Shown: positions 33,934 through 43,300 of the stretch, piece after piece
Position numbering within the stretch: position 1 is the stretch's first letter
How the letters are laid out: every line of letters begins with the position of its first letter
Program-made: the position numbers and the translations under genes
DNA from: an uncultured Candidatus Binatia bacterium
Lineage (GTDB): Bacteria > Desulfobacterota > Binatia > Bin18
Length of the DNA stretch: 64,000 nt
Assembly (NCBI GenBank): GCA_965214605.1
Contig: OZ243961.1
Coordinates: 1,472,001 to 1,536,000 of the forward strand
Reading direction: 5' to 3'
The notes under the pieces: generated by a model
What the model was told of the DNA's origin: nothing
Seen by the model: the letters and a program-made list of their open reading frames with translations, nothing else
Databases searched by the model: none

Positions 33934-34748
33934 GCATTTTGCCTCTGGAATCCGGGCTTCCTCTCTCCGCCCAGCGTACAAAAGCGAAATCACAAAAGGG
34001 AAGACAGTGGAGACAGGCGACAAGTGATCTCTACCGGCTTTTAAGTTAAACCAAAATGGCCGACTGCCGAGGCATTGGAGGACCTACGTGAGACTAATCT
34101 TGAACCGGGGCTAGAGCCCATTTCTCCTATCATCCAGTCCGGCGCTCAATCCGACTGACTTGGCGTTGTCGCACAATTCTCAAACACGTCTAGTCCGGTC
34201 TGATTTCGGCTGATTTTGTCCACTTCACCATTTCCCGAAGGAACTTGCCGCTGTAGATGACAACCACTCAATCGCCGTTGGGGACTTCCTGCTTGTGCAT
34301 ATCACTTTTTGCAATAGCAATCCATGGGCTTGACGACTAGGGCAGGTCTGAACAAGTGGAGTGTGGGAAGAGTGACGAAGCGGCCCCGGCAGCTGAGCGG
34401 ACGCTGGAACCGGTGCCGGGTGGGGAACTGGCTCATGCTTCGACGAAGCGGCGCCCAGGGCGCGAGCCAGGCTTTCCGAAGGCCGGTCGGGGGCGCCGGC
34501 CGGCCCCGCTTTGGGCGCTGCGGTGCGTGCCCGGTGGGCAGGTGCTTGAACGTAAGGGTGCTGGCACGGAGCTCCCGGGGCAAAGCGTCGCCCCCAAGCG
34601 CCCTGCTTGAACCCACAAACCGCCCCTGGGCGGGTCCGATGACCCCCCGGCCTTCCACCCCTGGACCCACCGATCTCCCGGGCTCGCCAATACTGGGGTT
34701 CTCCAGACCTTCCCTAGGGGCTAGACAGGGGGCGGGCGAGCTGGAAAG

Positions 34749-35960
34749 GTGGGGGAGATGCGAGGAGCGAGTGCCCTGGAGCCCCCTGATGGGGGTAGGC
34801 AACTTCTGTGTCTGCTGCCGAGCCTGCACGACACCCTGATTGCGCGGCGGATCGCGATGCTCACCCGCAGCGGCTTCGCGGTGGAAGCGGCCGCGTTCGC
34901 CCGCCCGGTGGGCTTTGGCCGGGCCCCGGGGTGTCCGGTCGTGCGGTTGGGGGCGCTGCCGCCTCGGCAGTATCTCCGCCGCCTGCCCACGCTGCTGCGA
35001 GCGGCGGGCCAAGTGCGGGCGCTGATCCGCCGGCACGCGCTCGTGTACGCGTTCGGCCCGGACCTGGCGTGGCTGGCGACGCTGGCGGGGGCGGGGCTCG
35101 CGCGGCCGCTGGTGGTGGAGGTGGCGGACATCAAGGCGATCCAAGTCGAGCGGAGCTGGCGCGGGCGCGTGGTGCGGGCCCTCGACAAACGGGTGCTCAG
35201 CCGCAGCGGGTTGCTCGTCCTGACCGCGGCGGGCTACGAGACCTACTACCGGGAGGAGGTGGGCGTGGCGACGCCCACGCTCATCATCGAGAACAAGCTG
35301 GACCCGGCGTTCACCGCGTCGCTGCCGCCGCCCGCCCCGCCGGGGCGCGGGCAGGCGCAGGCCCGGCCCTGGCGGATCGGCTGGTTTGGCCGCCTGCGCG
35401 ACGCGTGGACGTTGCGCGTCCTGGATGAGGTAACCCGGCAGGCCCCCGGGCAGTTCACCGCCGTCCTCGCGGGGACGGTCTCGCCGTTCCTGCGCGAGTT
35501 CTCGGCGCGGGTGGCGGCCAATCCGCACCTGGCGTACCGGGGGGGCTACCGGTATCCGGACGACCTGCCGGCGCTCTACGGGGGGATCGACCTCACGATG
35601 GCGTGCCATACGCCCCGGCGGCCCGACCACTGGTCGCGGGGCAACCGGTATTATGAAGCCTGCCTGTTTCGCAAGCCGGTGCTGATCCGGGCGGGCCAGG
35701 CGCCTGCCCACGAGATCCGTCGCCATGGCATCGGCCTGATTATTGAGGCCGGGGGGGTCCGCGAGGCGGTGGCCACGCTGAGAGGGATTCGGGCGGCGGA
35801 TATGGCGCACTGGCAGGAGAATCTGGCCGCCCTGCCGCCTTCCGTCTACACCACCACGACGGAAGGCGCCGCGCTGCGGGCGGCGCTCGTCCGGCTGGTT
35901 GAGGCTTGGAGCCCCCCCCCCCCCCCCCCCCCCCCCGCGGCGACTTGCCCGCCTGGCTGA
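34749..35960 (+). CDS. Glycosyltransferase, GT-B fold, succinoglycan ExoL-like
   Basis: RRIAML...GF.V..AAF.R, EVADI, IENKLD, WRIGWFG.LR, YRYPDDL..LY..ID, NRYYEA; very GC-rich; C-terminus runs through a poly-C tract. Confidence 0.72.
   Translation: MGEMRGASALEPPDGGRQLLCLLPSLHDTLIARRIAMLTRSGFAVEAAAFARPVGFGRAPGCPVVRLGALPPRQYLRRLPTLLRAAGQVRALIRRHALVYAFGPDLAWLATLAGAGLARPLVVEVADIKAIQVERSWRGRVVRALDKRVLSRSGLLVLTAAGYETYYREEVGVATPTLIIENKLDPAFTASLPPPAPPGRGQAQARPWRIGWFGRLRDAWTLRVLDEVTRQAPGQFTAVLAGTVSPFLREFSARVAANPHLAYRGGYRYPDDLPALYGGIDLTMACHTPRRPDHWSRGNRYYEACLFRKPVLIRAGQAPAHEIRRHGIGLIIEAGGVREAVATLRGIRAADMAHWQENLAALPPSVYTTTTEGAALRAALVRLVEAWSPPPPPPPPAATCPPG
35912..35936 (+). repeat. 25-nt poly-C homopolymer at the 3' end of the glycosyltransferase
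   Basis: Directly visible. Confidence 0.9.
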
Positions 35961-36500
35961 CTGAGCAGGCGCGGGCGGGGGGGCGGGCGCCCGCCGCCTC
36001 TCCCTTCTTCCTGGACGGCGCTGACAGCCGCCCCCCCCTCTTCCGGCGCCCGACAAGGGGGACAAGCCGGACAGCGCGCCCGGGAAGGGGCGTGAGGGGA
36101 GGGGACCGGGGCATCCGGTGGGGGCGTGGGCGTCCTGCGCTCACCAAGCGGCGTCGCTCCCTCGCCATGGGGTGCCGTCAGCCCCCCCGCCCGCAGCCCC
36201 GTTCTGGCGCGCTCTGTGGGCCCCGACGCAGGCCCGGTTCGCGGTCCGGGCGGATGCCCTGAAGCTCCTCCGGGCCGCCTGCACTGGGGGGGCGGCGCTG
36301 GTCAACGTGCGGCGCGCCCCGGGGGAGCCCCGCGCGCTCATCCGGGCGGTCCCTGAGCAGGCCGCGCCGCTCGCCGCCCTGTGGCACGCTTGGCACAGGG
36401 CGCATCTCTCGGCAAAGGTCCTTCCAGCGGGGAAGCGATATCAGCAGACGAACGAGGCCAGAGACAAGTTCCACTACTCCATGCTTAAGAGAGTAAAGAC

Positions 36501-36808
36501 ATGGCCAGTGTTGCAGAACGGGACATCTCTTTGCCGCCGGAGCCCGCCGGGCTGAGGGCTGTTGGGGGTGAGGGGGACGATCATGCTGTCCTGGGCCGTT
36601 CCAAGTGATCCCGACATCATCGGCTACCGGTTCCGGCTGAAAGGCTCGCGGGAGTCCGACTGGGGGTGGGTGGCGCGCAGTCAAGGCATGGTGGCGGCAC
36701 CGCACCCTGTTGCCTGGCCTGACCAACGGAAACCTCTACCAGGTGCAGTTGCGTGCGGGAAACGGTCGGGGCTGGGGACCGCTGAGCGAGACGGTGGCGA
36801 AAGCGTAG
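36501..36808 (+). pseudogene. Fibronectin type III domain gene, frameshifted
   Basis: PPEPAGLRAVGGEG / TIMLSWAVPSDPDIIGYRFR / LPGLTNGNLYQVQLRAGNGRGWGP joined across two frameshifts. Confidence 0.7.
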
Positions 36809-37171
36809 GCACCGGAGTCGTGACGTGGCGGCGGTGGAGCGGTGAAGAACTCTCCCCCGTACTCTCGACCGACGGAGACAGGTAAGACCCTGTTGAAAAG
36901 TCACTGCAGGTTCGTGCAGTCTCTTGATGCCGTGAGTGCAGCAAGGCTGAAATCTGCTCTTTTTTCCTAGTCGCTGTGGTAGGATCTCAGTCGTACTGCC
37001 CGTCCCGAGCCTTACCCTTGTGCCTGGCGCTGGGAGTGACCTAATGGGGTCATACTGTCACGGAATTCCACCAGAGACTACCTAAGTGTCCGGAACCTGC
37101 TGGCCGAAGAAGGATTCTGAGCTTTGACCGGGGCGCTTATACGATGCAGTAACTCTCCTCCCCGCCACCGC

Positions 37172-37283
37172 TGGTCGAGACAAGCCTAGAGTTATCTGTT
37201 AATGTTACATCACAATCTCGAGATTGCGTATCGCAATAAAGAACGCATGGTCGAGACGAGCCTAGAGTTATCTGTTAATGTTA
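37172..37283. repeat. Two 36-bp direct repeats (TGGTCGAGAC[A/G]AGCCTAGAGTTATCTGTTAATGTTA) separated by 40 bp
   Basis: 37172-37207 and 37248-37283, one mismatch; spacer contains the palindrome CAATCTCGAGATTG. Confidence 0.85.
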
Positions 37284-37357
37284 TCCTTTTTGACCATAGT
37301 TGTGGGTAAATACCTGCGACAATACCCGAAGTCCCACTCCCTACCGGGATAAGCATT

Positions 37358-39412
37358 ATGATGTTGGATGTCAACGGAAATACTTCTCCACCTGCCGGCT
37401 CATCATTTAGGAGACTTGTCCACGGATCCGCTTCCGTTATTCTCTCCTCCTGTATCGTGCTCACCGGCGCGTTGTTACTGGCGAACATCCTGCGCCTCTA
37501 TTCCCCGGGCCCGCCCATGGACGGTCTGCTTGGCGTTGTGTTCCTTACACTGGGCTTATCGCTGTTGCGTCATCGTGCGCCCTGGCCACGGGCGCCTCTA
37601 CTCTGTTTCACCGCCTTGGCTGCCCTTTACGGCGTGGGCGTCGCCATTGAGAGCAATTTCGAAGGCGTCCGCAACTTCGTCTCCATCCTGTACGCGGCCA
37701 TCATCTTCCTGTTCGGGTTTCGCAATGCGCCCGAATTGGCCCGGCACAGCGGCCTGATTGTGCTACTCGTGATCGTAGCGACGGTCATTACCATATTCCA
37801 GTGGCTACCCACGTTCCCCACCCTTAACCCGCACCTGATCTCGTCAATTTACGTCTATATACTCCTCACCATCGGATTAATCCTGGCTGCTCGCGGCTGG
37901 CAGGGGAGGGCCACCCTTGTGTTCTTGTTGGTCATTCCCACAGCTGCCGTCTTCGCCAACCGCTCGCTGGTGTTCGCAGCGTTGGGGAGCTATGCAGCGT
38001 ATTGGGCCGGGAAGGTCGTCCTGCGAGACCGACTGCGGGTCACAGGACTGGCTGTATGTCTCGGTTTCTTGATCTGTCTCCCGCTGCTCTTTGTGTTGTC
38101 GTCAGCGGTACCGCTCAATGAAGAAGAAGCCTTCCGAGAGCGCACTAGTCGACACCTTCTTCAAAATGGGCGTCAGATCTTGTGGAAGGTGGCGGTGGCC
38201 CACATTGCGGCAGCTCCCTGGTTTGGCCATGGGCCGGGTGCTGAGCTGAGTGCTGGGATGCATTCACCGCTGTCGCCAATCGACGGAGAGAAAGGGGCGG
38301 GATCGGTGTCCTGCTTGGAACAGGCTGGTGCTCCTGGCCTTGCTAGGGATTGTGACCTGTTGCTGGACATCAAGCACCTCTTGATTGGAACAGATGGGAA
38401 GGGAGAAATGCTGTGGAGCTGGAATATGCGGTCGCCGATTGCCTTCTGGAGGGGGATCGAGCTGGCCGGCACGCCGCCTCGTGTGACGGCCTTGCGCTTG
38501 CCTAACTCTGGCTTGAGCGGCCACCTCCCGGCACAGCTGGGGGAACTCGATGGGCTGCAAGAGCTCAACCTTGCGCGCAATCAGCTCACCGGTCCCATCC
38601 CGCCGGAGCTGGGCAAGTTGCCCAAGCTACGACGCCTGGCACTCCAAAGGAACCGGCTGACGGGGCCCATCCCGCCGGAGTTGGGCAAGCTCTCTGATCT
38701 TTCGGAATTATGGCTCAGCAACAACCGGCTGAATGGTGCCGTGCCGACAACCCTGACGCGGCTCGACCGCTTGTCTGGGCTGCGTTTAGCCAACAACGAA
38801 TTTGTCGCGCCCTTTCCAAGTCCGCTCTATGCCATAGCGGACCACGACCTCACGCAGGCCCTGTTCTGCCTGCCTATGCCCCAAACCCCGCCCGAACTGC
38901 TCGCGGACTGCACTGCCCTGCTGGCCATGCGGGACATTTTTGCTGGCGACGTTCCCCTCAACTGGACTCTCTCCTCACAAATCGGATTCTGGCAGGGCGT
39001 TGTAGTGGCCGGCACGCCGCCTCGTGTGACGGCCTTGCGCTTGCCTAACTCTGGCTTGAGCGGCCACCTCCCGGCACAGCTGGGGGAACTCGATGGGCTG
39101 CAAGAGCTCAACCTTGCGCACAATCAGCTCACCGGTCCCATCCCGCCGGAGCTGGGCAAGTTGCCCAAGCTACGACGCCTAGCACTCCAAAGGAACCGGC
39201 TCACCGGGCCCATCCCGCCGGAGTTGGGCAAGTTGCCCAAGCTACGACGCCTGGCACTCCAAAGGAACCGGCTGACGGGGCCCATCCCGCCGGAGTTGGG
39301 CAAGTTGCCCAAGCTACGACGCCTGGCACTCCAAAGGAACCGGCTGACGGGGCCCATCCCGCCGGAGTTGGGCAAGCTCTCTGATCTTTCGGAATTATGG
39401 CTCAGCAACTGA
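37358..39412 (+). CDS. O-antigen ligase/Wzy-family membrane protein with LRR insertion, N-terminal part (ends at frameshift)
   Basis: Multiple TM helices, then Wzy_C-like GRQILW..A...I...PWFGHG (38168-38233), then Cys-capped 24-aa LRRs (LTGPIPPELGKL). Confidence 0.8.
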   Translation: MMLDVNGNTSPPAGSSFRRLVHGSASVILSSCIVLTGALLLANILRLYSPGPPMDGLLGVVFLTLGLSLLRHRAPWPRAPLLCFTALAALYGVGVAIESNFEGVRNFVSILYAAIIFLFGFRNAPELARHSGLIVLLVIVATVITIFQWLPTFPTLNPHLISSIYVYILLTIGLILAARGWQGRATLVFLLVIPTAAVFANRSLVFAALGSYAAYWAGKVVLRDRLRVTGLAVCLGFLICLPLLFVLSSAVPLNEEEAFRERTSRHLLQNGRQILWKVAVAHIAAAPWFGHGPGAELSAGMHSPLSPIDGEKGAGSVSCLEQAGAPGLARDCDLLLDIKHLLIGTDGKGEMLWSWNMRSPIAFWRGIELAGTPPRVTALRLPNSGLSGHLPAQLGELDGLQELNLARNQLTGPIPPELGKLPKLRRLALQRNRLTGPIPPELGKLSDLSELWLSNNRLNGAVPTTLTRLDRLSGLRLANNEFVAPFPSPLYAIADHDLTQALFCLPMPQTPPELLADCTALLAMRDIFAGDVPLNWTLSSQIGFWQGVVVAGTPPRVTALRLPNSGLSGHLPAQLGELDGLQELNLAHNQLTGPIPPELGKLPKLRRLALQRNRLTGPIPPELGKLPKLRRLALQRNRLTGPIPPELGKLPKLRRLALQRNRLTGPIPPELGKLSDLSELWLSN

Positions 39413-40377
39413 ATGGTGCCGTGCCGACAACCCTGACGCGGCTCGACCGCTTGTCTGGGCTGCGTTTAGCCAACAACGAATTTGTCGCGCCCTTTCCAAG
39501 TCCGCTCTATGCCATAGCGGACCACGACCTCACGCAGGCCCTGTTCTGCCTGCCTATGCCCCAAACCCCGCCCGAACTGCTCGCGGACTGCACTGCCCTG
39601 CTGGCCATGCGGGACATTTTTGCTGGCGACGTTCCCCTCAACTGGACTCTCTCCTCACAAATCGGATTCTGGCAGGGCGTTGTAGTGGCCGGCACGCCGC
39701 CTCGTGTGACGGCCTTGCGCTTGCCTAACTCTGGCTTGAGCGGCCACCTCCCGGCACAGCTGGGGGAACTCGATGGGCTGCAAGAGCTCAACCTTGCGCG
39801 CAATCAGCTCACCGGTCCCATCCCGCCGGAGCTGGGCAAGTTGCCCAAGCTACGACGCCTGGCACTCCAAAGGAACCGGCTGACGGGGCCCATCCCGCCG
39901 GAGTTGGGCAAGCTCTCTGATCTTTCGGAATTATGGCTCAGCAACAACCGGCTGAATGGTGCCGTGCCGACAACCCTGACGCGGCTCGACCGCTTGTCTG
40001 GGCTGCGTTTAGCCAACAACGAATTTGTCGCGCCCTTTCCAAGTCCGCTCTATGCCATAGCGGACCACGACCTCACGCAGGCCCTGTTCTGCCTGCCTAT
40101 GCCCCAAACCCCGCCCGAACTGCTCGCGGACTGCACTGCCCTGCTGGCCATGCGGGACATTTTTGCTGGCGACGTTCCCCTCAACTGGACTCTCTCCTCA
40201 CAAATCGGATTCTGGCAGGGCGTTGTAGTGGCCGGCACGCCGCCTCGTGTGACGGCCTTGCGCTTGCCTAACTCTGGCTTGAGCGGCCACCTCCCGGCAC
40301 AGCTGGGGGAACTCGATGGGCTGCAAGAGCTCAACCTTGCGCACAATCAGCTCACCGGTCCCATCCCGCCGGAGCTG
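38464..40377 (+). repeat. Near-identical tandem LRR-module repeats (543-bp unit with nested 72-bp LRR repeats)
   Basis: Units start at 38464, 39007, 39687 and 40230 (spacings 543, 680, 543); 680 = 543 + 2x72 - 7. Confidence 0.92.
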
Positions 40378-43300
40378 AAAGAGCTGCGCAACCTAGTATT
40401 GACCGGAAACCGCCTGACGGAGCTGACATCGCATCCCGTCGCCAACCACGACGTGAGCAGTCAGTTTCGCTGCTCGTCGCTGCCCAGCGCTCTGGTTCGG
40501 GATTGCATCGCGCTGTTGGAGGTGCGGGATGTCTTGGCTGGGGGTGCGGTACTGAACTGGGATGACTCGACCCCGATTCAGCTTTGGCAGGGCGTCGTGG
40601 TGGACAAGATCCGCCAACGCGTGGTCGCACTGGACTTGTCTGGCAAAAGGCTGCGCGGTCGGCTTCCGAAGGAACTTGGAGCATTGGATCAGCTTCAGTC
40701 GCTGCATCTCGATCACAACCTGCTCAGCGGTGCCATCCCCCCTGAACTGGGACGATTAGCCCACTTACAGGAGTTGGTACTGGACGCCAACATGTTGGTA
40801 GGCCCCATTCCGGTGGAGATCACACAACTTGCGAATTTGACGGTATTGTCGCTGCGCGACAATGGGTTGACCGCCGTTCCGTCGAGGCTGGAGGAACTTG
40901 GTAAACTTTCACGCCTGAGCCTGGGCGGCAACGACTTTTACGATCCTCTCCCGCCAGCCCTTGTAGAGATCAACCGCGATGTTGGCGACGATCTACTGTG
41001 TTCCATGATAGCTCGTCAGGATACCTTCAGAGGCCTGCGGCAAGACTGCCGCGCTCTGCTGGACGCACGAGACATCTTGACCGGAAGTGGCGAGCTCAAC
41101 TGGAACGACACCCTACCCATCGGTCTGTGGCGCGGCGTCCGGCTTGCGCATGCTTCAGAACCGCGTGTCGTCGCCCTGCGTTTGCCGGGGAGTGGGCTGA
41201 CCGGCGAGATTCCTCCCCAACTAGGCCACCTGACTAGGCTGGTTTCGCTTCGACTAAACGGGAATCATCTTACCGGCACTATCCCGGCGAAGTTAAGCTC
41301 GCTCAGAGAGCTGGTGGAACTCCGGCTTGAGAATAACCGCCTGAGCATGAGCAGTCCAATCCTCGATCTGAACCTCTTGAATAACTCGCTGCTTGTCAGT
41401 CTCGGCGGCAACCGCCTTGACGCCGTGAAAGCGTCAAGCGCTTCCAGAGACTTGGCACTGGTGACGGCTACAGCTAGCGACGGGTCCAAGCACGTTGCAC
41501 AGCCGGTGCCGGATATCATCGGCAAGGAGCTCTTCTGCCGCCCGTCGGCTTCTCCCACGGAGCTACTCGCCGATTGCGAGGCGCTTCTGGCGGCCCGCAC
41601 CGCATTGATCGGCAAGGGGGCAGCGCCGCTTGTGAACTGGAGCGACTCGATACCTATCGGTTTTTGGCGAGGAGTGACACTTAGCGCAGAGACGCCGCCG
41701 CGGGTGGTTGCGCTAGATCTGTCGCAGATGCGGCTTCACGGGCGTATCCCTCCCGAACTTGGCGTACTGGAGCGACTCCACTCCCTGCGGTTACATCGCA
41801 ACCGACTCGCTGGGCCGATTCCAGCCGAACTGGAGGCCCTGGATAACTTGCAAGAGCTGATGCTCGGTATGAACGCCTTGACCGGCTCTATCCCGCCAAC
41901 ATTGGGGAAGCTCTACCAACTCAAGGTGTTACATCTACGCAGGAATCGACTCACTGGTTCTATCCCGGAGGAGCTTGGCGAACTCAAGAACCTGCAAACG
42001 CTCGTGCTGGACGGCAACGCTTTGACGGGCTCCGTTCCGGTGACACTCGCGAGTTTGCCCAACCTAGAAGAACTGTGGCTGAAGGGAAACCGCTTGAGCG
42101 GCGAGATTCCGGCGGAACTCGCGGAGCCCGGCAGACTGGCCGTGCTGGATCTTGGGGACGATGTGTCTAGCGTCGGTTATGATGCTGGCGGTCTCCGGTT
42201 CTGCGAGGCGGCTCGTGGCAAAGACAACGGTTTGGGGCAAGATTGCACCGTGTTGCTCGACGTGCGAGAGAGGCTCATGGGTACGGCTAGGTTGAATTGG
42301 GATATCACGACGCCGATCAATGATTGGCAAGGCGTCGAGGTATCTGGCGTGCCCGCACGCGTGACGGCGCTGAACTTGGCCCGTACAGGGATAAACGGGA
42401 ATATTCCTCCCGAACTGCACAAATTGGACCGGCTCATCGAACTGCGCCTCAGCGACAACGGGCTCACCGGTCCCATCCCGCCCGAACTCGGCAAGCTGGT
42501 GCATCTGCAAGTGCTGGCACTCAATAATAACGCCCTGACCGGCTGGCTGCCTAGAGACTTGGCCAAAATACCCGGCCTGCGCGAGGTGCGGCTCGGCGGC
42601 AATGCGACAGAACACAAGCGGTTGTGCCAGCCCTCGTTGCTGGACAGTCCAGGCCTGTTGGACGACTGCACCGTGCTGCTTGCCGTCCGCGATCGGCTGA
42701 GGGGTGACGCGTTCCTCAATTGGAACAAGAGTACGCCCATAGAAGCCTGGAAGGGTGTGACGGTGGGCGACGGTGGGCCGGAGCGCGTGGTAGCGGTCGA
42801 GTTGCCTAGGGCTGGGCTGAACGGCCGGTTGCCGTCGGAATTGCTGGCGCTGAAACGACTCGTGTCCTTGCGCCTGGAGGACAACCGGCTGACCGGTTTC
42901 ATCCCGGCTGGTCTGGACCATCTTAGGGACCTAGTGAGATTGCGGCTGGACGGCAACGATTTCTCCGGTTGCGTGCCGTCTGCTCCGGCGAGGATGCAGG
43001 GCCGTGATCTGGAGCTGGATATGCTATGCGGCCCGTCCGCATGGGCCAAACCGAAGCTCTACGACGACATGGCCGTGCTGATAAGCGTGCAGGACGCTCT
43101 AGCCGGTAATGCCGAGCTGAACTGGGACTTCACCCGTCCTGTGACCTCTTGGCAGGGCGTAACCGTGGGAGGCGAGCCGCCTCGGGTAGAGCAAATCATG
43201 CTGTCACGGATGGGCCTTGACGGACACATCCCACCGCAACTGGAGGCACTAGATCGACTCGTGGCCCTGCACCTCGACGGCAATCGGCTCACCGGCACCG

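Noticed and set aside
34302-36065. 587-aa minus-strand Arg/Pro/Gly-rich ORF
   Set aside because: Shadow of the GC-rich glycosyltransferase; low-complexity composition.
37172-37283. CRISPR array call
   Set aside because: Only two repeats, no cas genes, repeat not palindromic; kept as an unexplained direct repeat.
38464-40377. Diversity-generating retroelement template/variable repeat pair
   Set aside because: No reverse transcriptase in the window; the copies are in-gene tandem units with very few differences rather than an adenine-mutagenised VR.
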